Below, one piece after another: positions 1 through 8,589 of a stretch of DNA of 64,000 nucleotides. Location of the stretch: positions 18,868 through 82,867 of the forward strand of contig JAJRXM010000015.1 in assembly GCA_024276275.1 (NCBI GenBank). Reading direction: 5' to 3'. The stretch is from Candidatus Zixiibacteriota bacterium. GTDB lineage: Bacteria; Zixibacteria; MSB-5A5; GN15; FEB-12. The notes beneath the pieces are model-generated. The model was not told the origin of the DNA. It saw nothing but the letters and a program-made list of their open reading frames with translations, and searched no databases. A program made the translations under genes and the position numbers. Numbering within the stretch: the first letter of the stretch is position 1; each line of letters starts with the position of its first letter.

Positions 1-2272
1 CAAGAGCTTCTGTAAATTTTTGTAACTCTTTAGAATCCTGCATATTTGCTTCTTTTGACATCTTTTTTAAATCTTTTAATTCATCTTTCAAATTTTTTAA
101 TTCGTTCTGGACATCTTTTTCCTGCTGTGCGAGTTTTGGAAGGTCAGATTTTTTTGATTCGCTTGTTTTTTTGTTCATCTCTTCTTGTTTACGGGCAAGT
201 TCTTCCGTTTTCCGTACCATCGCTTCCATTTTTTGCTCAAGCTGCATTTTCTTTAAAAGAGCCATAGTCCGTTCAAGCCGTTTAAGAAGTTCCTCCTGAG
301 ACATCTTGAAATCTTCCAAAGCTTTCTTAAGCTTTTGCTGGTCCATATTTTTCAATGCGTCCATCATCTCCTGCTGAGATTTTTTCATCTCAGGAGTAGC
401 AATCTCCTGATACAGCTTTTGTATCTGTGCCATTTTTTCAAGCACTTCACGACTCATTAATGTCTTATCGTTTAGCTCATCAACAGCTTTGTTCATCTGC
501 TCAGCGACTTTTTCTATCTCTTTCACCATCTCGGCATTTTTTTCAGCAATAGACTCAAGTTCTTTTTGGTTTTGCCAATTTGCTTTATCAGGTGCCTTTG
601 AATCTGCTTTAATTTTACGGCTGACATTTTCAAGACGTTAAGCCAACTCTTTACCGGTTTTTAAAATCCGCTGAGTATCATCAATACGTTTTGTATTTGA
701 TTCTTATGTTTGAGCAATTATTTCCTCAAGTGACGGTAACCGTGCGATATACTGGCGGGATTTTGAAATTTTCGGTCCGGAAATCATATCGTTGTCGGCA
801 ATCTCAAATGAATAGATAACATAGTCGCCCGGGAAAAGATTAAGCCGGTCAACATCCCAATTAAATTCAACTTCTCCTTCGGTTTTTATCTTTTCAGAAA
901 AATGCAGTACCGCGACAGTTTCATCTGAAATTTGTCCTTTGTGAACTAAACTATATTTCATCACCAAAGAAGTGAAACCGTAATCATCGAAAATATTTAG
1001 TTTCAAAGGTAGTATCATCTGGTCAGACAAGTTTACGTCAAACCCGGGACGGACAACATCGACCGACGGATACTCATCCGGAATAGCAGTAATGTAGTAC
1101 TCTATCGGGTCAGGATTTTTTTCTCCGAGATGGTCGGTCAGACGGATATGATACGAAATTGATTTATCGACTTGAAACGAAACTTCTCCGATTTTATTTT
1201 CAATATCTACAGGTACTCTACTTGAATCAGAAAAAATAAGTTCTGCTGTTTTAACCGAAAGGTTTGATTCTATTTTCAAATTCACCCGACTGCCGAACAG
1301 AGCAGAAAATGTTCCGTTGTTTTCATCAATAATTGTTGGAGGAAGTTTGGAGTAGTCGGGGTAAAAAATTGACAGCTTAATTCCTTCGACTCTCGGACGG
1401 TCTACAACATCAACAGAAAACGTTTCAGTTTTTATACGACCTGCTTCAATATAGTAATCAAATGATTTATTAATTTGTCGTAATGAAATTCCAAACAGAA
1501 CCGAGTCGCCGTTATCAGAATAAAAATGCTGTTCGTTTCGTAGGTCTATCTCTGACTTTTGCCAGTCACCACCTGTTAAACGGTGATAGATAGCTGCTTT
1601 TTTTGGAAGTTCTCCGCCAAAAAGAGCTCCCTCGATTTTTATATCTTTATACTTCACCCATTCAGTAGAACCTAAAACAGAATGGAGCCTGTATTCAATT
1701 GGAGGAGTAACAACTTTGTCTATATGTGAATAAACTTTGTATGAATAGCTAAACAGTCCCGGCATAAAAAGAAGAAGTGCTGCAGCAACTGCAACCGTAG
1801 AGACAAGCTGTTTTCCTGTTTTAACAAGCGGATAGATAGAAAGTGTTTCGTTGAAATTTAATGATTCCGCCTGTAGTAATGCTTTGGAAATAGTTGCTTC
1901 GACTAATTCCGATGAAGAGCCGTGAGAAAATTTAGTTCTTGAAAACTGTACCGCCGCAATTAAAATCCCTTTGAGTTCACTATGTTTTTTCTCAAGCTCA
2001 ACTGCGATAGAATCAATATCACCGTCAACAAAATGACGAAGAGCATGCTTAACAAAAAAGTATATTGCTATAGCAGCAGAAAGAACCAGCAATGAAATTT
2101 TTAATGGAACCGGAAGCACCACTGCTAGAGCTAACAGAGAAAGAAGAATAGAAACAAGCAGAACAACAGCTGCTGTTGTAAAAAGTCCTGCGGTAAACAG
2201 AAGTATTCTTTTTTTTAGTAATGCCTTTTGTAAATGCTCGACCAATGCCCGGGCTGATTTAATCTGCTGCAT
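1..2272 (-). pseudogene. Large membrane-anchored coiled-coil protein (DUF4175-like), interrupted by two in-frame TAA codons; 3' end runs off the window
   Basis: ORF 704..2272 (522 aa) has N-terminal TM helices and a beta-rich middle. The same frame stays open after the TAA at 704-706 for 21 codons. It then meets a second TAA at 638-640 and is open again to position 1, encoding K/E/Q/L-rich coiled-coil sequence (..KELESIAEKNAEMVKEIEKVAEQMNKAVDEL..). It lies directly downstream of a DUF4159-like gene, a usual partner of DUF4175-type proteins. The family assignment is from memory of the pattern, not a search. Confidence 0.5.
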
Positions 2273-2303
2273 TGTGTCCTCTTTCGTTCAGATGTTAATT
2301 CTG

Positions 2304-3062
2304 TTAATATAACAGAGCGTATGTCAATAAGTTCAGACCCATTTGAAAAGATTCCAGCCGTTTTTCTTCGGGGTCATTATGCACGACTCCGTCTTCCCAA
2401 CCGTCACCGATATCCGACTCGACCAAAAAGTAAACAACTGCCTTCCCATTAACTATAACGGCATATCCGCGGGGAGATTTATTATCATGCTCATGAATTT
2501 TCGGAGGACCGTTCGGGAAATCATAAAATGAATGATACAAGGGATGACTAAAGGGAAGTTCAACTATTTCTCTTTCAGGGAATATCTTTGCCATCTCTTT
2601 TAAAAATGTTTTTTCCATACCATAAGAATCATTGACGAATAAAAATCCGCCGCTCGAAAGATACAAACGAAGCCGTTCGATTTCATCCGCTTCAAATGAA
2701 ATCAGTCCGTGACCGGTAGCAAATAAAAACGGATATTTGAAAAGTTCGGGGTCGTTTATAGATATTTCATATTCAATTGTATCTATAAGAATATCTGAAT
2801 TTTCAGAGGCAAAACTGAGCATATTCGGTATAGCTGACCGTCCCCAATACCAGTCTCCCCCACCTGAATAATGCAGACGGGCTATTTTAACTGCCGACGG
2901 GTTCCTGAGTTCTTTAACCTGATTCCTTTGAGGCAGCTGCCTCATAAGATCATTTATTTGGTTTCTCTGAGCTAACAGATTGCCGGTAAACGAGATAACA
3001 ATTAGAACCGTCAGAATAGATATAGCTATAACTTTGAAATAGTTCATACATATAATATACAC
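2304..3062 (-). CDS. DUF4159 domain protein (secreted/periplasmic)
   Basis: 252-aa ORF with an N-terminal signal/TM segment. The pattern IARLHYSGGGDWYW...DPELFKYPFLFATGHG...E..RLRLYLSSGGFLFVND...FPEREIVELPFSHPLYHSFYDF matches the conserved DUF4159 layout as I recall it. A likely true start is MNYFKV (3047). Confidence 0.65.
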   Translation of the reverse strand: MYIICMNYFKVIAISILTVLIVISFTGNLLAQRNQINDLMRQLPQRNQVKELRNPSAVKIARLHYSGGGDWYWGRSAIPNMLSFASENSDILIDTIEYEISINDPELFKYPFLFATGHGLISFEADEIERLRLYLSSGGFLFVNDSYGMEKTFLKEMAKIFPEREIVELPFSHPLYHSFYDFPNGPPKIHEHDNKSPRGYAVIVNGKAVVYFLVESDIGDGWEDGVVHNDPEEKRLESFQMGLNLLTYALLY

Positions 3063-3121
3063 ATAAACTAAGATATGTGATGAAAAAACTTGAGTTATTT
3101 TGTAGGATAATTAATTGTAGC

Positions 3122-3179
3122 GACAGGGCATTGCCCTGTCTTGTTAGTAGAGGCGTTTTATAAAAACGCCTCTACTAAC
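3122..3179 (-). terminator. Two adjacent perfect hairpins downstream of 3187..4086
   Basis: gacagggca/tgccctgtc (3122-3140) and gttagtagaggcgtttt-ata-aaaacgcctctactaac (3143-3179) lie 8 nt after the stop of the upstream minus-strand gene. The flank is AU-rich but there is no clean U-tract. Confidence 0.45.
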
Positions 3180-3186
3180 ATTTTTA

Positions 3187-4086
3187 CTATGGTTTGATTA
3201 CCAAAGTATCCACTCTGTTAAAACCTCTTACCGACGGAGTGTCAGACGGAAAAACTAATAAAAGTGTTTCACCGGGAATTAACTCTACTTTCTTTTTATA
3301 TTCTGAAATGTAGGTAATATCCGCCGTAAATTCTTTTTCGGATGATATAAGTGTGTCAACTTTGTAAATCCTTTTAAAAATAAGTTCTGTTAACATCGCA
3401 GTTTCTAATTTCTCGGGATAATTTGGAAGCAGGATTTCTGTTAGCAAGCTTACTTTTTCATAGTAACCATCATCACGTTTTTTCCCTATGCTTGTATGAA
3501 ACACTGTTTGTTCAGAAATAGCCCCATTGGTATTTCTATTCATACTCGCATATTTCCCGTCAATAATAGTTCTTGTCCGAAGTGAGATAGGACCGTTAAA
3601 CTTGTAAACAGAAATTGGTTTTTCTTTTACAAGCATTATATTTATACCGACTTCTTTAGCATCTTCAGATGGTTTTACTCTTAGTTTAATTTCTTTATTA
3701 TAAAAAATATCCTGATATATCACATTACGCGAACCAGATACTATCGTGGAACCTTCTAATTTATAAGCTCGAAGAATTCCGCTGAGTAATATCCTATCCG
3801 GAAATTTAGTTAGACGTAGATAACACGGCATTTCAAAAAAGACTTCATCCTCATCGGCATAACTACCGTCGGAAATTCCGACACCGATTTCGTCAGTTTT
3901 ATAATATACCCGATACATAGAGTTATCTTCACCACAGTTCCAATGACTAGAACCGACTATATACTCTAAACCGTTTTCGTCAATATCTATATAGTCTATT
4001 TTCATATACGAACCTTCAAAATCAGCTTTCACTGTTGTACTGATTGTAAAAATCAGCACACCTATAAGCAATAGTTTTTGTAACAT
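3187..4086 (-). CDS. Hypothetical secreted protein, third gene of the ECF sigma operon
   Basis: 299-aa ORF with a signal peptide (MLQKLLLIGVLIFTISTTVKA). It starts 14 nt after the anti-sigma stop. I recognise no family. Confidence 0.6.
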   Translation of the reverse strand: MLQKLLLIGVLIFTISTTVKADFEGSYMKIDYIDIDENGLEYIVGSSHWNCGEDNSMYRVYYKTDEIGVGISDGSYADEDEVFFEMPCYLRLTKFPDRILLSGILRAYKLEGSTIVSGSRNVIYQDIFYNKEIKLRVKPSEDAKEVGINIMLVKEKPISVYKFNGPISLRTRTIIDGKYASMNRNTNGAISEQTVFHTSIGKKRDDGYYEKVSLLTEILLPNYPEKLETAMLTELIFKRIYKVDTLISSEKEFTADITYISEYKKKVELIPGETLLLVFPSDTPSVRGFNRVDTLVIKP

Positions 4087-4100
4087 ATTATCCTCTTGTA

Positions 4101-4520
4101 TTATTCAATTGATTTAACAAGCACTGCAGGTTGAGGAGAGAATTTGACAAACTGAACATTTTGATAGTCTGTTTGTTTTTGCTCTACCTCTATTATCTGT
4201 GGCTCTGCTTGATTATGATTTCCGGTTAACCAAAACGATCCTATCAGAAAAACTAAGACTGCCGCGGCCGCAGGCAGTGGAATTGAAATTTTGGTTTGCC
4301 AGATTTTTCTAAAAATATTTTGATTAGTTTTTTCTTCTACCTCAAAATCTATTGTCGGTAACTTCTGTAATTGAGTTGACTGCTTCAGGAGTATTTGATA
4401 AAATTCTGTACAGCCTGAACAATCCGTAACATGTATTTTTAACTCTTCTACGGAATTTATATCTGCTCCGTCGTCATGGATACTTGATATCATCTGTTGG
4501 TAGTATTCACAATTTTTCAT
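4101..4520 (-). CDS. Anti-sigma factor, zf-HC2 type, single TM
   Basis: 139 aa with an N-terminal H-x3-C-x2-C motif (HVTDCSGCTEF) and one TM helix (IPLPAAAAVLVFLIGSFWL). It starts 3 nt after the sigma-factor stop. Confidence 0.6.
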   Translation of the reverse strand: MKNCEYYQQMISSIHDDGADINSVEELKIHVTDCSGCTEFYQILLKQSTQLQKLPTIDFEVEEKTNQNIFRKIWQTKISIPLPAAAAVLVFLIGSFWLTGNHNQAEPQIIEVEQKQTDYQNVQFVKFSPQPAVLVKSIE

Positions 4521-4523
4521 AAT

Positions 4524-4964
4524 CTATTCCTTTGCTAATACCTGCATTTTTTTTCTAATTCTAAATAACCGCACTCGGACCGCTTCTTCAGATAGTTTTA
4601 ACATTGCAGCAATCTCTTTAACTGGATATCCTTGCTGTTCACGAAGAAGAATAAGTTCCCGTTCGGCAGGTTCAAGTTTTCCTAAAATCTGCCGTATAAA
4701 TATTTTTTGTTCAACCGTAACAGAATCAGATTGGTCTATCGGTATATATTGTATTGGTTTCTTTTTCAAATAATTGTAAATAAGATTTCTTGAACAGATA
4801 AACAGCCAATCTTTCACAGAAAGGATTTCTTGTTTCTGTTTTTTTTGAATTGCAAATTTTAGAAATACTTCATGGACAATATCTTCACTCAATTGTTTGT
4901 CACCGGTCAGATAAAGTGAAAATTGAAAGATACTATCTTTATACTGTTTATATGCCTGTTCCAA
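4524..4964 (-). CDS. ECF-type RNA polymerase sigma-70 family factor
   Basis: 146 aa with a region 2 signature (SEDIVHEVFLKF) and a region 4 HTH (GYPVKEIAAMLKLSEEAVRVRLFRIRKKM). Confidence 0.8.
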   Translation of the reverse strand: MEQAYKQYKDSIFQFSLYLTGDKQLSEDIVHEVFLKFAIQKKQKQEILSVKDWLFICSRNLIYNYLKKKPIQYIPIDQSDSVTVEQKIFIRQILGKLEPAERELILLREQQGYPVKEIAAMLKLSEEAVRVRLFRIRKKMQVLAKE

Positions 4965-5066
4965 TGATTATAAATCTCCATTGTAGGAATCTTAAACTCA
5001 ATTAAACTGATATTTACAATAAAGACAATGAGAGAGTTGTTTTGTTACAAGAAAATATAAGCAAAA

Positions 5067-5438
5067 CTAAAAAATTTTATCTAAATATTCTTCAATAGGC
5101 AAATCGGTATCATCTTCTTTTTCTGTTATATTTTTATGAAGCCAATCATAGTCAATATTACTTATAATAGCTGCTCTTTTGGTGGAATACGGACAAATCT
5201 CAACTATAAGATACTATTCTACATGCCATAAGATTTTCATCGTTAGACAAAAGCTTTGTACACCTTGAGCGTAGCAAGCGTTATGAAAATTAAGTTCTAT
5301 TATATTTTCTTCTCTTACTTGAAACCCATAAATTTTTATTGGAGAAAAATAAGGACCCCGTCCATACCCCGGTAGCATTTGCCATGAGTACCATTTATTT
5401 GTTTCTAATTTGAGTTTATTTTCAGCTTTTGCATCCAA
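5067..5438 (-). CDS. Small orphan protein; the 74-aa ORF (5214..5438) continues in frame past a TAG for 48 more codons
   Basis: ORF-track protein MDAKAENK...ILWHVE ends at the TAG at 5214-5216. The same frame then reads YLIVEICPYSTKRAAIISNIDYDWLHKNITEKEDDTDLPIEEYLDKIF before a TAG at 5067-5069. It is the last gene of the AT-rich cassette, starting 22 nt after the upstream gene stop. I recognise no family. Confidence 0.35.
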
Positions 5439-5460
5439 ATTATCAAACCCTCATTTTTAG

Positions 5461-6384
5461 TTACATATTTATAATATTTTCCAATGTATACATATTGCTT
5501 TCATACAACCCGTAACCATGAAATTTTGCTTGAGAAAATAGAACATTGAAATCAACATTTATTTCCTGACATTTTAATAACTCTTTCTGAAGCTTTGTAT
5601 CAGTTGGCTTGTGATTAGCAAGAACAAACAAGACATCAACTTTTTCATCTAATTTTGTAATCTTATACGAATTACTATTAAGAGCTGGAACTAAGCCTAA
5701 ATCTCTTTTTTGTTGAAATTGTTTGATGACTTCTTTTTTGAGTTCTTTGATTATATTTTCATCTTTAACAAATATTTTATTTTGTTTAAAATGATCTAAC
5801 ATGCCTGCTTCTCCAATCAAAGCAGAATCCCCATATTTCATTTCAATTAAAGTTAAGCGAGGTTTATACTTTTTTGAAAGTTTTCGTGCGGAAGCAGTAG
5901 AGTGCCACCGTATTGCCAATGCATCAAAGCGGGCTCCTTGTCTATTATCATATTCAATATCAGAGATAAAATAATCTGTACCGTGAGCAACCCCTTTGTT
6001 ACCGTTATTATCATATACCAATATTTGTTGAAATGCACGTTCATCTTTCGGATGTTTTCCAAACCAAAGATCCATCCCATTTTTCAAATAACCAATATTT
6101 CTAACCCAACATTCGGTCTCAAATTTTGTACTTATTGTTGTTGGTAAATCAACTTCTCTTTCACCGGTTCCTTTAAAATAATTAAAGTCAAATTTTGCAT
6201 TATAACTATGTTTTGTTTTCCCCTTTGGTTCTAATCTTAATATACTCCCACCTCTATAGTAAATATTAAAGTAGTTCTCTCTTATTTCTAAATCCAATGT
6301 TGAATCAAGAATTACTCTTTCTAAGAGTGGATTTAAAAACCCCTCCATTAATTCTTTTTCAAAGTAATTGTTAAGTATTCGCAT
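5461..6384 (-). CDS. Hypothetical protein with a PD-(D/E)xK-like nuclease motif arrangement
   Basis: 307-aa ORF. Its only recognisable feature is the ordered E...D...ExK pattern: KDERAFQQILV / GARFDALAIRW / RLTLIEMKYG. It is tightly linked (12-nt spacer) to the MBL nuclease gene. Confidence 0.45.
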   Translation of the reverse strand: MRILNNYFEKELMEGFLNPLLERVILDSTLDLEIRENYFNIYYRGGSILRLEPKGKTKHSYNAKFDFNYFKGTGEREVDLPTTISTKFETECWVRNIGYLKNGMDLWFGKHPKDERAFQQILVYDNNGNKGVAHGTDYFISDIEYDNRQGARFDALAIRWHSTASARKLSKKYKPRLTLIEMKYGDSALIGEAGMLDHFKQNKIFVKDENIIKELKKEVIKQFQQKRDLGLVPALNSNSYKITKLDEKVDVLFVLANHKPTDTKLQKELLKCQEINVDFNVLFSQAKFHGYGLYESNMYTLENIINM

Positions 6385-6396
6385 AAATCTCCTGTT

Positions 6397-7710
6397 TTAT
6401 TTTAAAGTTATTGAATTACCATTTTGTAAAATTTTTGTTTTAGAATATTCTTTCTCAAACCACTTTGGCATTATTGTATGAATAGGTATCAGATTACGAG
6501 GTTGCAATGTTTTTATTGTATCTCTTATTGTATTCGCATCGGCATGCCCGCTGGTATGAAGAACTATTTCTTTTGTACCTTTTTCTTTCAGCCAACTAAG
6601 AAATCGTAAACTTTTCTCGTCATCACGATAACCATCCCACATAGAATAAAAAAGAACAGAATTTTCTAATGAAAGTTGATTAAGAAAATCTCTTACCGAC
6701 GGTCTCACTATCATAAAATACTTAGAAGGATTATCTTGAATTTCTTCTTTTGTGATTTTCCATTTTTGAAATTCATATAATGCTTTTTTGCTTGACTGTT
6801 TTACTAAATAAGAACTGAATCTGCTTGAAAAATAAACTTTTACATCTGAAAATTTTTTTGATGGATACGGAATGACATTTGACTGCCCTGCTATCTTTAG
6901 CATATGAGCAGTATATGGGTCGACAACAAAAGTCCTTCCTGTCCTCTTAGCTGTTCGGTAGGCAGTAACTAATCTATCTATATTTTGTGAGCTTGTCCAA
7001 ATCATGGCTAACCCACCATTATTTGAAATTTCTTTCACGGCTTGTTCTTCCAAATCCTTTTCAGTTATTGGTGTTTCGTCAGCTCTTGACAATGTTGTAC
7101 CTTCTATAATCAGTACGTCTAATGGTTGCTTTACTTTCTTTAATGTTTTATCCCACAACTTTTCTTTCCGACCATGTTGCCTAAAATCTCCAGTATAGAA
7201 AATATTTCTGTTTTTGTCCGTTAGTTCAAAAGCAGATGCTTCAAAAGCAGAGTGGTCAACCAAATGAGGCATAACTTCTAAATCTCCAACAATAAACTTA
7301 CTACCCGGACTAAAGAACTTAACTCTATCTTCTTGAATTTTAGGTCGTCCAAGTAATTCTGCTGATTTATTTATCAACTTCAGAGAAACCTTAGAAAAAT
7401 AAATTTTGATTTTCGGTTTTAACCATTGTACAATTCCCCAGTGATCAGGGTGTGAATGAGAAATAAGTACCGCATCTATTGTATTAGGGCGTTTGTCCCA
7501 AATATAAATACCCGGAATATCTGTAAATTCTGAGCTTTCAATTAATTCTTTTCCCTGCTCATACGTAATATCTTTGGGTAAGGGAATTTCAAAAATATTA
7601 GAATCTAATGACAAGCCTAAATCAAGAAGAATTTTTGTATCAGAACTTTGTAATTCAATACAACTCCCTCCTATTTGATTATGCCCTCTATGCATTGTGC
7701 ATGTAATCAT
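6397..7710 (-). CDS. MBL-fold metallo-hydrolase, beta-CASP-type nuclease
   Basis: 437 aa with LLDLG (motif 1), VLISHSHPDHWG (HxHxDH), a later His/Asp (VDHSAFE, YTGDFRQHG) and the C-terminal VLHTSGHADANT...LIPIHT signature typical of the RNase J / CPSF / SNM1 beta-CASP family. Confidence 0.75.
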   Translation of the reverse strand: MITCTMHRGHNQIGGSCIELQSSDTKILLDLGLSLDSNIFEIPLPKDITYEQGKELIESSEFTDIPGIYIWDKRPNTIDAVLISHSHPDHWGIVQWLKPKIKIYFSKVSLKLINKSAELLGRPKIQEDRVKFFSPGSKFIVGDLEVMPHLVDHSAFEASAFELTDKNRNIFYTGDFRQHGRKEKLWDKTLKKVKQPLDVLIIEGTTLSRADETPITEKDLEEQAVKEISNNGGLAMIWTSSQNIDRLVTAYRTAKRTGRTFVVDPYTAHMLKIAGQSNVIPYPSKKFSDVKVYFSSRFSSYLVKQSSKKALYEFQKWKITKEEIQDNPSKYFMIVRPSVRDFLNQLSLENSVLFYSMWDGYRDDEKSLRFLSWLKEKGTKEIVLHTSGHADANTIRDTIKTLQPRNLIPIHTIMPKWFEKEYSKTKILQNGNSITLK

Positions 7711-7953
7711 CTATAATGATACCTTATTTACTATTTTGTCCAAACTAAAAAACCTTTTGTTAAACCAACGCCTGATTATATAGCTTCTGATTATTGAAAT
7801 TATTGTAAACCATAAACCGATAAGAAAATTTTCAGATAATGTTATATTAATATTAAATATTGGAAATATGATAAGCTGGCTTACTATAGCTACACCATAA
7901 CCTATAGCAACATTTATGAGAGATTCTATAAAGCTGTTTTGCTTAGTTTGCAT
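7711..7953 (-). CDS. Small two-TM membrane protein, first gene of the cassette
   Basis: 80 aa with two hydrophobic helices (INVAIGYGVAIVSQLIIFPIF; FLIGLWFTIISIIRSYII) followed by a basic RRWFNKR. Its stop codon abuts the ATG of the MBL gene (7711/7710). It resembles small phage/prophage membrane proteins, by recollection only. Confidence 0.5.
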   Translation of the reverse strand: MQTKQNSFIESLINVAIGYGVAIVSQLIIFPIFNINITLSENFLIGLWFTIISIIRSYIIRRWFNKRFFSLDKIVNKVSL

Positions 7954-8138
7954 TCATTTCTCCTTCTCAATTATTTTATTAGTGTACTCTTTTACAGAAT
8001 ACTTATATCTTATAAAATGAATAATACAACAGCCTACTGACAAAGGATGTCAGTTTAATTTCTGAAACCACAATTTTACTACACAACCTCACCACTTTCA
8101 TATCACACCGCATACTATGAACAACTTAATTTTAGAAC

Positions 8139-8527
8139 AAAACAACAATGTTGGATCCCGTATCAAGTACGGGATGACATTTTGGTGTCGGGGATGACAT
8201 TTGAGGTGCTTACTTCGACCCCGCTTAGGTGGACAGCATGACTTATTATACAGGGATTTTTCGATGCACAAAATTACTACAAAAAATATTAACAAAAATG
8301 GCTTTAAGCCATTTTTTAAGGCAAAGCCATTTCCCCGTAAGGGTCTAAGACCCTTTTGTTTATAGCGATAAAACAGGTTAGAAATAGCATAAAAAAAGAT
8401 GTTTTATATGTGACTGAAGCCATTTTAAAACAACAATGTTGGATCCCAAATCAAGTGTGGGATAACAAAAAAGGCAGAACCGATAAAAGATTCTGCCTTT
8501 GGATTCCCAACCAAGTCAGGAATGACA
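8139..8527. repeat. Cluster of short GC-rich hairpin repeats (TGGATYCC-N9-11-GGRATRACA family)
   Basis: Copies: 8151-8179 ttggatcccgtatcaagtacgggatgaca; 8439-8467 ttggatcccaaatcaagtgtgggataaca; 8499-8527 ttggattcccaaccaagtcaggaatgaca. There is a half-site at 8186-8199. A 21-nt leader, aaaacaacaatgttggatccc, is identical at 8139-8159 and 8427-8447. Another copy lies at 43069-43096. Confidence 0.7.
8467..8499 (-). terminator. Rho-independent terminator candidate for secDF
   Basis: 9-bp stem aaggcagaa/ttctgcctt (8471-8479 / 8491-8499). On the minus strand it is followed by a T6 run (A-run 8467-8472), about 90 nt downstream of the secF stop. Confidence 0.45.
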
Positions 8528-8589
8528 TTATATTATGATGTCCTCAGATTTATGAAAAATTATTCAGACAATAAAAAAGCCATTTAGCT

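Noticed and set aside
46-267. Plus-strand ORF 46..267
   Set aside because: It is antisense to the continuous coiled-coil reading frame of the DUF4175-like gene. Its low-complexity L/F/S-rich translation is the mirror of a K/E-rich coding strand.
5853-6147. ORFs 5853..6080 (-) and 5902..6147 (+) inside the 307-aa gene
   Set aside because: They are nested in the longer ORF that is spacing-coupled to its neighbours, and they have no independent support.
8139-8527. CRISPR array
   Set aside because: There are only two copies of the 21-nt identical leader, 288 nt apart, plus dissimilar hairpin variants. There is no regular repeat-spacer periodicity and no cas genes.
8098-8538. ORFs 8098..8295 (-) and 8356..8538 (+) as genes
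   Set aside because: They are composed almost entirely of the hairpin repeats (peptides such as ..WIPNQVRND..). They have no RBS or start context and are typical repeat-derived spurious ORFs.
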